Assembly: GCA_000165345.1 (NCBI GenBank)
Contig: CM000436.1
Location: forward strand, 192,001-256,000
Length of the DNA: 64,000 nt
Direction: 5' to 3'
The stretch's first letter is position 1. Every line of letters starts with the position of its first letter. The notes beneath the pieces are model-generated. The model was not told the DNA's origin. It saw only the letters and a program-made list of their open reading frames with translations, and searched no databases. A program made the position numbers and the translations under genes. Positions 1 through 16,184 of the stretch are shown here, piece by piece.

Positions 1-5153
<5,153 letters not shown>

Positions 5154-5361
5154 TTAAAAAATTATTTGGTTCAATTTTTTTTCTTTGCTTTATTTTTAGT
5201 TTTACAACTGAATTATATTCATATAAATTATCTTGTTGTCGTAGAAATAACAAACTTTTTCTTTTGTTTTAACTTTCATTTAATCATTTAAAAAGAATTA
5301 CAATTTTTATTTTAATTCTTAATATTAATCTGTCATTGCAAACATATTTTTGGATGAAACA

Positions 5362-5400
5362 AGCATGCCGCCCATTTAATGCATGTATTGCATGCATTTT
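5362..5400. promoter_or_regulatory. Cluster of GCATGC-type boxes (agcatgccgcccatttaatgcatgtattgcatgcatttt) upstream of the minus-strand repeat gene. Further GCATG/ACGTGT words lie at 5579-5648.
   Basis: Seen in the sequence. GCATGC-like words are a described over-represented upstream motif in Cryptosporidium promoters. Confidence 0.5.
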
Positions 5401-5505
5401 GAAAATTTACCCACAATCATTATAATTTTGAGATTTAAAAACTTATTGAATTATTTATTATTTCTATTTAACCTAATATAATTAAATATCATTTCTTTTT
5501 AAATT

Positions 5506-5548
5506 AAAAAAAAAAAAAAAAAGAAATGTTTTTTTTTTTTTTTTTTTT
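5506..5548. repeat. A15 - gaaatgtt - T19 inverted homopolymer pair, capable of forming a hairpin, located in the intergenic region.
   Basis: Direct reading. A second A20 tract sits at 5855-5875. Confidence 0.85.
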
Positions 5549-5897
5549 CCAAGGAAAATAAATCAACTTAAAATAACAATTACGTGTAAAATATATGTAA
5601 TTTAAGTGATTACGTGTTAATTATTTTTATTCATGCATGACATGCAAATAAATAAAAACTAGTTTCAATATTATAATTAAAATTATTCATTTTCCTTCAA
5701 ATCGTTAATTACCCTAAAACTAATTAATTTATACTAAATATTTCATTTGAATAATTAAATTGATATCAAATTATTTTATTTATATTATATTATATATATT
5801 CTCCTGTAATTTCCTCCTACTATACTTCCTCCATATTTTCAAAAAAGAAATTGAAAAAAAAAAAAAAAAAAAAAGCAAACATAAGCCCACTCTAATT

Positions 5898-8800
5898 TCA
5901 AACAATTGTAGCAATAGATTTCGCAGTCCCCAAATTCTTATTATAAACCACCAAATTCTTCTCAACAGCGTCCAAAAATACGAAAGATTGTGATAAATTA
6001 TTATCAATCAATCTTGACTGTCCTATCTTGGAATTAAATATTACAAATTGAATAATAAATGGGCGGTATCTCTTATCCAAACATATATGTAATCTTTCAG
6101 AAAATATGTACTTTGAACTAAATGAATTAAGTTGAATAGTGACCATATCCCCTGTTGATGATATACATGAAATCTTATTGCTATTATTCAAATTAAAAAT
6201 TGAAACAATTGAACAACTTCTAGTATTTGTATTGTTTTTATTCTGAATAATTGTTCCAACATTATTTATCATATCGCCTCCTCCATTTATAAGTTGACTA
6301 TGAGATGGATGATTATAATTATCCATCTCAAAAGGAGATATTATTGTAATCTTTGGAGAATAATTTTTTCTATTCAAATTAATTGACAATATTCTACCAT
6401 TAATTGTTCCTAATAATAATGTTATTTCAATATTATCAATAAGCCTTGAATACATTCCACCTAAACCAGTATTTGTTGTTGATCTTATTGTATTCACTCC
6501 TTGAGGATTTGGAAAAACATTTGAAATCATCATCTTTTGTAAATTAAAATTCCCATCTCGTAACCATAAACTTGTTGTAAACCAACAAGATTTTTCCAAA
6601 ATTGTCATATCATCACTGCTTAAATCACTTGTTACATTTCCATTATTATATTGAACAAAATCCATATTACTACATTCTTTTCCTATACTTACTATATCAT
6701 GTAATAAATTCATTGTACAATCCAATAAATCATCTTCAATTGTTTGAATCTCTAATGATAATATTAATCCCAATTTTGGACCACCTAAAAATATTAAACT
6801 CTGATCTACTGTTACTCTTCTATTTGAGGATCTTTTAATATCTTCCATCAATATAGCCCCCTCTTTATTTTCTACTATTGAAATCTCTCTCAAATATTTA
6901 TCCAATTTCTCACTTGATATAAAACATGTCTCTTTTAATACATCCACTGTTGGAATTACATCATAAATTAATGAAGTATTATTACTAACACCTAAATTAC
7001 CATCTTTTGAATCTTTTTTCATTGCAAATCCAAATAAATTACACCAACATTTTGGATGATAACTACTCTTTTTATCCCAAACTAATCCTTTATTTATCTC
7101 ACTTTCCATATTCGTCCATTCTTCTACTATACTTGATAACCTAAATGGAAAGTTTAACCAACTTATTATTTGATTTGTAGATAAATCTATTACTGTAAAT
7201 AATCCATCAAATTTCTCCAAATCTTTATTTCCTTTATTATAACTTAATTCCACATAATTCGAATTCTCTGATATATTTCTTCTTTTATTCTTCTTTAATG
7301 AAGATATTGGAATAGGTAATCTTATACTATTACTACCATTTTCATCTTTTATTCCTTCCTCTGAATATTCTACATGCCAAAGTATTCCCAAATATTGATA
7401 TGATGTTGGATCTATATAATGAATTTTTAATGGAACAAAAATATGACCTTTTTCTATCCATTCAAATGGAATATACTCGTTAAATGGTACACTAGAACAA
7501 ATATTTATTGATGAAATATGCTCCTTAACTTCTTTTCTTTCTGAATTTTTCATACAAACAAATACAGAATCATGATTATTATATCCTTCATTGTGATCAT
7601 TTATTCCATCTCTTTTCAATAATTGTAAATCTCTTATCATATTTCCACTCATAAATTTATTATTCAATTTTATACTATTATAGTAAAAATCTCCCATAGT
7701 TTCTTTATTCATTTCATTATCTTTATCCATATCCATATCACAACTCAAATTTGGAAGCTTTGTTGATGGTGTAGAGTTAATCAAATCCCAATATTCATCA
7801 TCATTATTACCCAAACCTTCTCTTCTATCATCTCCCATATCAATAGATTCATTTGGAAATAGTTCCATTCTCAATTTAAACGTTACAATTGATCCTTTAT
7901 CATTAATCATTACAAAACTTGTACTAAAAGCTGGATGTTGAGAAAAACATAAAGGATTTCCTAACTCATATTCAATCCTCTTAATTTCTTTTCCATTATT
8001 ATATTCTGAATAGTACTCAAATTCATTATTCATTAAATTCTCATTAATTTCTTCTTTTAATCCTTTCTTATTAATCTCATGAACTGTACTGATAAATTTT
8101 AATACTGAAAATTCCGTTTCATCATCGTTTTTTTCATCTTTCATATTCTTTGGAACAAATAACTCGTAAGATTGAACATTATCTCCTGACATCTCTAACA
8201 AGCATACACTAATTCCATCATAATGTATCAAATAATTATATCTTTTATTCTTCTTATATCCTACAAATGAAAATATCTCTTGCTTCCAAATCTCTAATCC
8301 AACCAAACCACCCTGTTTATCTAAAACATGTTGATTTTTAGGTGAATCACCTTTCTTCTTACGATCTCTTTTTGTAATTTCTCCTATACTTGCTTGGTTG
8401 GTTCCTATTTTATTCATTTGCTCCCCGTTATTTTCGTTTCTAAGAGTTTCCATACTTCCTTCTATTTTATTTTGTTCATCTTTCTGCTTATTCTTTTCAA
8501 ACTTATTAACAATCTTAAACTTTTCATTGTTTGATCTCAAAATATTTAAGAAATATCTCTTCATTCTTTTTCTTGATTCAATTATTATACTATCTACAAC
8601 CTTTATTCCCATTATATAAGGCATTCTATACTCTACCTGTCTTCTAAGTGGAAGAATTATATGTTTATAGAACAAATACCATCTATAAATCCTTGTTGAT
8701 ATTAAATTCATTAACTGTCTTCTCTTTCTAATCAAAACAATGAATCGATTCTTCATCCAAGAAACTAAATCTGTTACTAATATACACCTTCTTAAACATT

Positions 8801-11381
8801 TTCTTGCAAATCTTTTCCTTAATTCAATAAGAATCTCCTCACTTGGAATCACCAATCCACTATCATAATTTCCTTTTGAATATTCATTAACTTGATCCAA
8901 CAGTAGTCCATATTGACCAGATTTTAAAAACAATTTAGAAATCCCAAATTGATAAGTATTAGAAGGAATCGAATAAGCAGATAAAAAGAATTCAACAATC
9001 ATTCTATCAGATAGTCCATATATATACTTTTCTGGTAATAAACAACGAATCTGTTCAATTAATGTTGAATAACTTGCTCTATTTGGATAACCATAATGCA
9101 TTAACTTGACCATCTGTATTGTTCCAGATTGAATCATTTGGTTTAATACTATATGACCATTCCAAATATCTGATCTCATATGACTATTTGGAATAAAACA
9201 CCTAATAAACTGTAATGAAACTTCTCCTAAATCCTGAATCATATCCTTAAGATCTTTTGTAAACTTTTTACTAACACTTCTAAAACTTGCACTCTTTCTA
9301 CTTTTATATTCAGAATCGATTATACTATTCAATATTTCATTACTTGAATTTTCTAATATCTCCTCAAGCTCTGGAATAATCTTGTCGTGATTCTTTTCTA
9401 GCCAACCATTCAAAGTATATTCAACAGATCCAGCATAGTGCTTAATGGAAAAGACTGTTGGCGTATCAGATTGATTCAGCTTCTTTAAGCCATTCAATGG
9501 AAACTTAATTAACTTACTTGGACACTCTCCTCCATTTGAATTCAGCATTCTATTTGGAGAATATGTAGAACCATAAGTACTATTACCTCCATGTACAGAT
9601 TTACCATACTTATTATTAATTTTTTGCCAGTAAGTGAAATCAGAGATATCTTGACCCTGAGATTTAAGCCTGCTATCATCATCTAATAGTGAAAATAAAT
9701 CAAGTATCAAATCCAATACAGGCTGGGTTTTTGGAATCTCAATATTAGTCCAAACAAGACCTTCTTGCTGGTAAAGTTTTTGTTCACTTTGAAGAACTTT
9801 CTCCACAAAAAACTCTTGTAATTTCTCATTAGCCAAATTAATACAAAGTTGTTCAAAAGAATTAATTTCAAGCTTCTCAAAACCATAGATATCCAATATT
9901 CCAATATATAAAGAATTTGCAGAATTTGTAATGTTTTGTTTTCTTGGAGATACAGTCTCTCCAAGTTCCTCATCTTTACATGATGTAAATCTATTAATAT
10001 GAGAAACCACCCAATTGAATATACGAATATAAATTGAACGGATAATTGAATGAATTAACTGTAATGATTGATGACTAGTTCTAGATATAGATACAGGAGT
10101 TTGGTTATTACCCACCTTTAATTGTTTAACCAATAGTATGTCAACCAATAGATCAGTACTTATCCCAAATAGAGTAGCTATACTTGTAACCAATTCTGGA
10201 TCTTCAAAATTTAAGATTTCTTTATCTTTCAATGCTCCTTCTTTCCCTTCAGAATCTTTAAAGACAATATTTCCAAGTAATATTATACCAGATAAAATCT
10301 GAAATAACATGGTTTGTCTTTCATTAGTCACTCCATTAATGTTTAAAGACTGTTTTAATATATTAAACTGTTCACGATCGGTTTCTACTTCTGATGTATA
10401 TGCCAAATTTCCCTGATTCAATAATGAGTATTTGGAAGCATCTCTCTCCAAGTATAGATTTTTTAGTTCTTCTTCAGTGGCTCCATGAACTAATTGGTAA
10501 AAACAATGATATGTTCTTTCATTGTGGCTATGCTTTACGCATCTACTACTTTCTAGTAAATATGTGGTTATTCCACCACCTTTTAAAAATCCATGTTCAT
10601 TATAATAGAGCTTGTTTAACCTTCCAAATCTGGACGAATTATAATTACGAACAGTTCTAGCATTTCCAAAAGCTTCCAGAATTGGGTTTGCTGACAAAAT
10701 TCTCTTTTGAATATCTCTAGCTTCTTGTTCTCCAAAAATAGTATGTGACGCGTAAGATAATCGAATCTGCATCATTCTCTTTCTCTGTTTCTCCGTCATA
10801 TTACTTTCATCGGCATTTGTAGTATCGGATGAACTTGGAATAATCCCTACCTCAGCTAAATAAGACATTACAATCTTTGCAGTTTCTGTCTTTCCTGCTC
10901 CACTTTCCCCGGAAATAACAATAGCATGATTTCTTCTATCTAAGACCATGTTTCTATACGAATAATCTGCAATAGAGTATGGATGGGGAGGCATCTGGCT
11001 CATATGTTTTCCAAAGTAACTTCTTTTCGTTTCCTCTGAATATAAGTTTGGTATATTTCTATAAGGATTCATAGCTAACAAAACATGAGCTGTACTTGTG
11101 TATATCTTCCCTTGACCAAATCTAACTCTAATATTTTCAAGAATATTTGCAGGATCCAAAGATGTTAAAGACGTATTATCATCCTTATCTGTATCACTTA
11201 CATACTTATGACATAATCCAATAGAAACTTTTTCTGTTCTGGATGGACCACTACTATCGTCATCTTTGCTATCTTTGAGTAATAGTTTTCCACTGACTAA
11301 ATCCACATGGTCAACTTTGAGTAGCTTGTAACCCTCTTTTTCACAAGGAACCCAAACAAGGTCATTTCTCATAAACGACAT
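5898..11381 (-). CDS. Myosin heavy chain (1827 aa) with an N-terminal motor domain and a roughly 1000-aa tail; possibly a class XXII / MyoF-like apicomplexan myosin.
   Basis: P-loop GESGAGKT, switch I NSSRFGR and switch II LDIYGFE are all present in the first ~700 aa. The class assignment rests only on the long non-coiled tail and is inference. Confidence 0.9.
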   Translation of the reverse strand: MSFMRNDLVWVPCEKEGYKLLKVDHVDLVSGKLLLKDSKDDDSSGPSRTEKVSIGLCHKYVSDTDKDDNTSLTSLDPANILENIRVRFGQGKIYTSTAHVLLAMNPYRNIPNLYSEETKRSYFGKHMSQMPPHPYSIADYSYRNMVLDRRNHAIVISGESGAGKTETAKIVMSYLAEVGIIPSSSDTTNADESNMTEKQRKRMMQIRLSYASHTIFGEQEARDIQKRILSANPILEAFGNARTVRNYNSSRFGRLNKLYYNEHGFLKGGGITTYLLESSRCVKHSHNERTYHCFYQLVHGATEEELKNLYLERDASKYSLLNQGNLAYTSEVETDREQFNILKQSLNINGVTNERQTMLFQILSGIILLGNIVFKDSEGKEGALKDKEILNFEDPELVTSIATLFGISTDLLVDILLVKQLKVGNNQTPVSISRTSHQSLQLIHSIIRSIYIRIFNWVVSHINRFTSCKDEELGETVSPRKQNITNSANSLYIGILDIYGFEKLEINSFEQLCINLANEKLQEFFVEKVLQSEQKLYQQEGLVWTNIEIPKTQPVLDLILDLFSLLDDDSRLKSQGQDISDFTYWQKINNKYGKSVHGGNSTYGSTYSPNRMLNSNGGECPSKLIKFPLNGLKKLNQSDTPTVFSIKHYAGSVEYTLNGWLEKNHDKIIPELEEILENSSNEILNSIIDSEYKSRKSASFRSVSKKFTKDLKDMIQDLGEVSLQFIRCFIPNSHMRSDIWNGHIVLNQMIQSGTIQMVKLMHYGYPNRASYSTLIEQIRCLLPEKYIYGLSDRMIVEFFLSAYSIPSNTYQFGISKLFLKSGQYGLLLDQVNEYSKGNYDSGLVIPSEEILIELRKRFARKCLRRCILVTDLVSWMKNRFIVLIRKRRQLMNLISTRIYRWYLFYKHIILPLRRQVEYRMPYIMGIKVVDSIIIESRKRMKRYFLNILRSNNEKFKIVNKFEKNKQKDEQNKIEGSMETLRNENNGEQMNKIGTNQASIGEITKRDRKKKGDSPKNQHVLDKQGGLVGLEIWKQEIFSFVGYKKNKRYNYLIHYDGISVCLLEMSGDNVQSYELFVPKNMKDEKNDDETEFSVLKFISTVHEINKKGLKEEINENLMNNEFEYYSEYNNGKEIKRIEYELGNPLCFSQHPAFSTSFVMINDKGSIVTFKLRMELFPNESIDMGDDRREGLGNNDDEYWDLINSTPSTKLPNLSCDMDMDKDNEMNKETMGDFYYNSIKLNNKFMSGNMIRDLQLLKRDGINDHNEGYNNHDSVFVCMKNSERKEVKEHISSINICSSVPFNEYIPFEWIEKGHIFVPLKIHYIDPTSYQYLGILWHVEYSEEGIKDENGSNSIRLPIPISSLKKNKRRNISENSNYVELSYNKGNKDLEKFDGLFTVIDLSTNQIISWLNFPFRLSSIVEEWTNMESEINKGLVWDKKSSYHPKCWCNLFGFAMKKDSKDGNLGVSNNTSLIYDVIPTVDVLKETCFISSEKLDKYLREISIVENKEGAILMEDIKRSSNRRVTVDQSLIFLGGPKLGLILSLEIQTIEDDLLDCTMNLLHDIVSIGKECSNMDFVQYNNGNVTSDLSSDDMTILEKSCWFTTSLWLRDGNFNLQKMMISNVFPNPQGVNTIRSTTNTGLGGMYSRLIDNIEITLLLGTINGRILSINLNRKNYSPKITIISPFEMDNYNHPSHSQLINGGGDMINNVGTIIQNKNNTNTRSCSIVSIFNLNNSNKISCISSTGDMVTIQLNSFSSKYIFSERLHICLDKRYRPFIIQFVIFNSKIGQSRLIDNNLSQSFVFLDAVEKNLVVYNKNLGTAKSIATIV

Positions 11382-11804
11382 TGTTTCAGAAATAACAATT
11401 TATTGCTGCAGATTCTTGACTATTGGAAGAATATTTTATTCAAGAAAACTTTCCAAAGTTTATCTTCTTTCAGTTTCTCCTCAGTTTTTCTCTCTATCCT
11501 CTCTACTTTTTTTCCAAATTCCAAAAATTTTCCTCCAATATATTTATTTAATACCAATATATACGTGTAATTCACTAATTTGGTATGATTTTCTTCTTCT
11601 TTCCTTAATTAAGAATGTTCTCAATATTTGCTGATATAATAATCTTAAATTTAGTATTTGTATCTAACTCTATTATTCCAACCAGCTCCACATAACTACA
11701 CAATATAGTATTTATTCTTTGAATATTTCAATTTTTTTTTTTTCTTTAAATAATTTATTCTTTAATTGATTATCGCCCCACAATGCTAGTAATGAATGCA
11801 TGTA

Positions 11805-11827
11805 GTGGCGCCATATTTTGTGCGCCT
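11805..11827. promoter_or_regulatory. E2F-like site gtGGCGCCAtattttgtGCGCC upstream of the myosin gene.
   Basis: Seen in the sequence. It matches the TTGGCGCCAA / TTTSGCGC E2F consensus family. Confidence 0.5.
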
Positions 11828-12289
11828 ATGTTAGATTCAAATTATTTATTTTTATTGACCGAATATAAATAAAAATTAGAATTTAAGTGAGGAAAAAAAA
11901 AGTCAAAAAGTATGTTTAACAAAAATAAAAAACCAGGAAAAACTCTATTATAAACAAAATCTAAACATTAGCAGTAAACATATTGTAATATATCTTTTTT
12001 CTTTGCTTCCATTTCTCATAATAAATCCTTTTATTTCGAATGAATTATCAATATATACTACTATAAAGACTATTAACCACACACCCCGCCAACCATTTTA
12101 TTTTTTTAATAGTCACTAATTATCCACATGTAATTTATAATTTTTACTTATTAGAGATAGAAAGAGAAATAATTAATTAGTGAAGAAATATCGTTATTGT
12201 TATTATTTTAAATATAGAAAGAAATCATTTTTTTTGTTTAAGAAACATTTTATAACTAATTCTTTAAGCAATATTTTTGTTTAAAATTT

Positions 12290-12640
12290 GTGCGAATGAG
12301 TTTTAATGAACATAAATTCAAAGGTATAAAAAATGAATGGAATTCTGAACAAGTAATTCCATATATAAAAATTCAGCTTGCTGAAATACGTAGTAATGCA
12401 TTGAAAGTTGTAGAAGAAGCATTTTCTGGTATTCATGATTCAAAAATAACTAATGACATAAATATAATTGAAGCTGAGAAAAGAAAAAGCGACGGTGTAG
12501 CAAAAAATATAGCCAAAGAAGATGCATCTATTTTAAAATGTAGTCAACTTGATTTGTTAAAATTTCTAAAATATTCTAATGATAAACTTTCAAAATATAA
12601 TATTGGAGTTGAAAATATTAGTATGATCAATTCCAAATGA
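12290..12640 (+). CDS. Small hypothetical protein (about 115 aa; the first ATG is at 12296).
   Basis: Isolated ORF with coding-like A/G-rich codon composition in a 1.8-kb intergenic stretch. I recognise no homolog. Confidence 0.3.
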   Translation: MRMSFNEHKFKGIKNEWNSEQVIPYIKIQLAEIRSNALKVVEEAFSGIHDSKITNDINIIEAEKRKSDGVAKNIAKEDASILKCSQLDLLKFLKYSNDKLSKYNIGVENISMINSK

Positions 12641-13074
12641 ATTATTAAATATTTTAACCTCTTATAATTAAATTAGAACAATTACTTATAATTTATATTC
12701 AAATCTTAGAATTATTCTTGTTTTTTTCATTCAAATTCTTATTTCCAATATTAATATTTTTGTATTACAATTTTTCATGTAAATTGCATGAGCTTAATAA
12801 TAATTTCAAATAAATTTTGCCACATAATTGTAAGCCGGTACTAGATTTTATTTTTTGCATGTGAAAAATTAGTAGATAAAAAAAATTATTTTTGTATGAA
12901 AATAGCAATTAAAAAATTAAATTCGTAGTTTTAATGGTTAGGAACTTGCTAAACTAATATTTTAAACTTCCTCTATTTCTTAATTAAAAACTGAAATAAC
13001 AATAATAATTATTATTATTATTAACTAATTTGCTATATACTTTTGTTTTTAATAGTCATTTATGATAGGAAAAA

Positions 13075-13133
13075 TTGCATGCACAAAATTACATTAGAAA
13101 AAAGAAAAAAGAATGCATGCAACGTGGACAACC
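13075..13133. promoter_or_regulatory. Two GCATGCA boxes (attgcatgcac ... gaatgcatgcaacgtgg) lying 90-140 bp upstream of the five-exon gene.
   Basis: Seen in the sequence. Confidence 0.45.
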
Positions 13134-13216
13134 ATAATTACAAAAAAAAAATTTATAAATATATAGCTTTCTAGGAAAAGAACAATCCAGTAAATATATA
13201 ATACTAGCATGAGAAG

Positions 13217-14754
13217 ATGAAAAAATATTTGTTTAGTATTTTTTTATTAGGTCTCATTACACTCCCTAAACATATTAGTGGAATTAAAACAATCAGGGAG
13301 AAATTCTTTGATGGATTTCAATTGTTTTCAAGTCTAAAACCAAACATTCAACTTAGGTTTATACAAGAAAATGAAATAATTAATAATGAAAATGTATTAT
13401 CTTATTTTCCAAATCCACTGAATAATCCAGAAAAATGGTAAGTTAAATATATATAAATATTGAGGAGTTACAAACAAATAAGCTAAATAAATTGTTTTTC
13501 TTCGCTTAATTTTAAATCAATATTTGAATGTAATTCCAATTTATAATAAAACTATAATTTAATTAACTTAAAATTTTAGTGGGAGAAAAGGAAAAGTTTC
13601 AAGTCATATATGTGACCCATCCAAAATATTATCAACAGAAGAAGGAGATTATATTGATGCTTTGCTTGAAGATATCAAAAGCACAGCAGTACTTAAATGT
13701 GGGGAAAATATGGCAGGATATAATATCGGTGTTGCTATTCTTCCATCTAATTTGGGAGATGGAGGTGAAATTGCAAACCAATTATTGGAAAGCTGGAATT
13801 TAAGGGATGTAGATTGTAATAATGACATTATTTTTGTATATTTAGCCAGCGAAAACAGAGCAATAATCAGATGGGGTATATCAGTAGAGCCTGCTATTAA
13901 TATTGTAATGTATCCCGAATTAATTAGTGAAATAGATTCCGTTTTTTTGGATAAACCTATTGGACCAGCTATTTATAATGGTATTTCAACTATAAGAAGG
14001 CAATTAAAAGAAAATATTGGACCTCCAAGAAGACTTCCACAGTTACTTGTCTTATCTATTATTGGCGGATTAACAGTTTTAGGATTTGGTGCATTAGTTG
14101 TATCAGCAATTTCAGATTCTAAGTAAGTTAATAATAAAATATTTAAAATTCTATTTAATATGATTGTAATTTAATAAAAATCAAAATTTTAGTCCCAAAA
14201 GTTCTTCGAGAACAGGAAGAAGACTTGAGGCACAAGAATTATTAAATAGAATCCATTCAATGGTTAAAGAGGGAAGCATTGACAAAGAGTTATGTCCAAT
14301 TACACTAATTGACTTGGATCGAACTGGAGTTCCTTATGTAATTTGTAATAAAGGATATAAATATGAAGCTAGATCATACATGGCATGGTAAGTAATATAT
14401 TACTAAAAACTATAAAATTAAGATATAAATGACATAATCATTATTTTTACTTATTTTCATAGGATGAAAGCAAACAAATGTGGACCAGAAACTGACCCAA
14501 TCAGTAAAGCTATAGAGAAAAATGAATACATTATGTCAAATAGAGAAGATATACCAGATGAATTCAAAAAAATTCCACTAAAACTTTACTTAGAAAGTCT
14601 CAGCAGTTTCTATCCAGATATTATTACTGTAAGTTAATAATGAAAATGTATATGCATATATTTATTAATTATTCAACTATCCTAAAAAAACTTATAGGAA
14701 CAAAACATTAAAGAATTTATGAAGAATACGGATGATAGATGGATATTACCATAA
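13217..14754 (+). CDS. Five-exon gene encoding a type I membrane protein of about 393 aa, with a signal peptide, a luminal domain of possible TPM/MOLO1-like fold, one TM helix and a cytoplasmic tail.
   Basis: Exons are 13217-13437, 13580-14122, 14193-14387, 14463-14628 and 14698-14754 (TAA at 14752-14754). All four donors read GTAAGT. Acceptors are ttttAG, ttttAG, tcatAG and ttatAG. Phases are consistent: split codons tg|t, aa|t and tg|g give Cys, Asn and Trp. The N-terminus MKKYLFSIFLLGLITLPKHISG is a signal peptide and the TM segment is LLVLSIIGGLTVLGFGALVVSAI. The ORF-track pieces 13217..13441 and 13662..14126 are fragments of this gene. Confidence 0.7.
13438..13579 (+). other. Intron 1 (142 nt), GTAAGT...TTTTAG.
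   Basis: Splice consensus at both ends, and the reading frame is restored across the junction. Confidence 0.65.
14123..14192 (+). other. Intron 2 (70 nt), GTAAGT...TTTTAG.
   Basis: Splice consensus at both ends, and the frame is restored. The in-frame TAA at 14124 is part of the donor. Confidence 0.65.
14388..14462 (+). other. Intron 3 (75 nt), GTAAGT...TCATAG.
   Basis: Splice consensus at both ends, and the frame is restored. Confidence 0.65.
14629..14697 (+). other. Intron 4 (69 nt), GTAAGT...TTATAG.
   Basis: Splice consensus at both ends, and the frame is restored. Confidence 0.65.
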
Positions 14755-14830
14755 GGTCCAGAAAAAAAAAAAAAAATTCTCTAAATTAGTATCAATCTGA
14801 CAGAATACGTAAATACTGTATATATTAACA

Positions 14831-15577
14831 TTACTTTTTCTCTGCCATTCTTTGCTTAAAAATAGAAATTGGTCTCGTTTTATTAGCTGAAGTTTTTGTA
14901 TCTTGTAAAATATTCAAATTAGATATTTCTGTCTCCAAAATCTCCACACGAGTGTCTTCTTTCTCTTCAATAAAGTCTTGTTCCAACCTTGAATCTTGGT
15001 CCTCTACATGAGAATCTGGAATATAAGGTTTTTGATCCATACAAGAAAACAAAGGTGGAGGAATAAAGCTCTTAGAGATATCAATATCTTCGTCAATTTC
15101 CTCTCTAATTTCTGCTGTTCCATCTGTAAAAGTAATATTTTTATGAAAAATATGATCTTTATTATTTTCTTCCTTAATTTCAGCCTCTTTTGCTTGACTC
15201 TCTTTGATATCTATTGAGAATTCATCCTTGAGCTTAAGAGCTTCCTCTATCTTAGAAAGATTCTTTTTCATTGTTTCAAGGCAATCCTCAGCCTGAGACA
15301 GCCTTCTTTTAATGGTTTTTTGTGATTCAAAAGTTGTTCTTTCTGCATATAAATCAGAACCTAAAAGCATAAGAACTTTGTTTGTATTTATAATATATCC
15401 TGGAGAAAATGCTAATGGGCCCAAAGGAACCATAATTTCATGTTGAACCTTATTTGGGAGCCTATTAAGTACTTGAGAAACTTGTTGAAATTCAGAAATC
15501 ATTGAATTCAATTCAGAAATCTCATTTTCAAGTATCTCTTTATTTTTATATATTACAGATGAGTCAGTGATTACCAT
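14831..15577 (-). CDS. URI1/RMP-like protein with a prefoldin alpha-type domain (248 aa).
   Basis: VPLGPLAFSPGYIINTNKVLMLLGSDLYAERT matches the URI1 prefoldin-domain signature (LVPLG..AFMPGKLVHTNEVLVLLGDNWFA). The C-terminus is acidic. Confidence 0.55.
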   Translation of the reverse strand: MVITDSSVIYKNKEILENEISELNSMISEFQQVSQVLNRLPNKVQHEIMVPLGPLAFSPGYIINTNKVLMLLGSDLYAERTTFESQKTIKRRLSQAEDCLETMKKNLSKIEEALKLKDEFSIDIKESQAKEAEIKEENNKDHIFHKNITFTDGTAEIREEIDEDIDISKSFIPPPLFSCMDQKPYIPDSHVEDQDSRLEQDFIEEKEDTRVEILETEISNLNILQDTKTSANKTRPISIFKQRMAEKK

Positions 15578-15820
15578 TTAATCTCAAGTAACTTTCTCTG
15601 TATTAATTATTTAATTTATATTATTGTTTCAAGCTTATATGCTTGTTGAATACTTGAGCTTTGATCGGAATTCACTTTTTTTTCCAATCAATATACAAAT
15701 TAACTCAAAATAAATCAAACAAATTCAACATAACAGTTCTAACAGTTATTCCTAATATTCCTTCACCTTTTTTTTTTTTAAATTTATATTGACTTTTTTG
15801 TAAATATATAAATACAAAAA

Positions 15821-15861
15821 TTTTGGCGCCATACGTGTATTTTTTAAAAACCTCATGCATG
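15821..15861. promoter_or_regulatory. Divergent-promoter elements: ttttGGCGCCatACGTGTAt followed by catgcatg.
   Basis: Seen in the sequence, lying between the URI1-like gene (-) and the PKG gene (+). Confidence 0.5.
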
Positions 15862-16184
15862 AAAATAAAAATTAAGAAAAAAAGTGAATCGTCGAAATTT
15901 TGTAATAATCTATATAACCAGGTAAAAATAAAAATAAAAGGCTAAAATAAGAAGATTTTGGGCGAAATTTGACAATAAGAGTAGGCCAGAAGGTGAAACT
16001 GTTGAAAAAGAGAGCAATTAAAAAATAAATTATAGAATAACTTAAGAGGAAGTATAAAGTTAAGACAAGTATACTAGCATTTCAAGGTTTTTCTAGAACA
16101 CTTATTTTTCTCGTGAGTTAGATTCATAAGAAGAAAAAGCTTCCCCACATTAGTAACACAGCTAATTACTACAAAAATACAAAT

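Noticed and set aside
13579-13803. ORF-track entry MGEKEKFQ..., which has a GTG start.
   Set aside because: It is in the wrong frame relative to exon 2 of the five-exon gene. It arises because the tool allows alternative start codons, and the real exon 2 uses the frame of 13580 onward.
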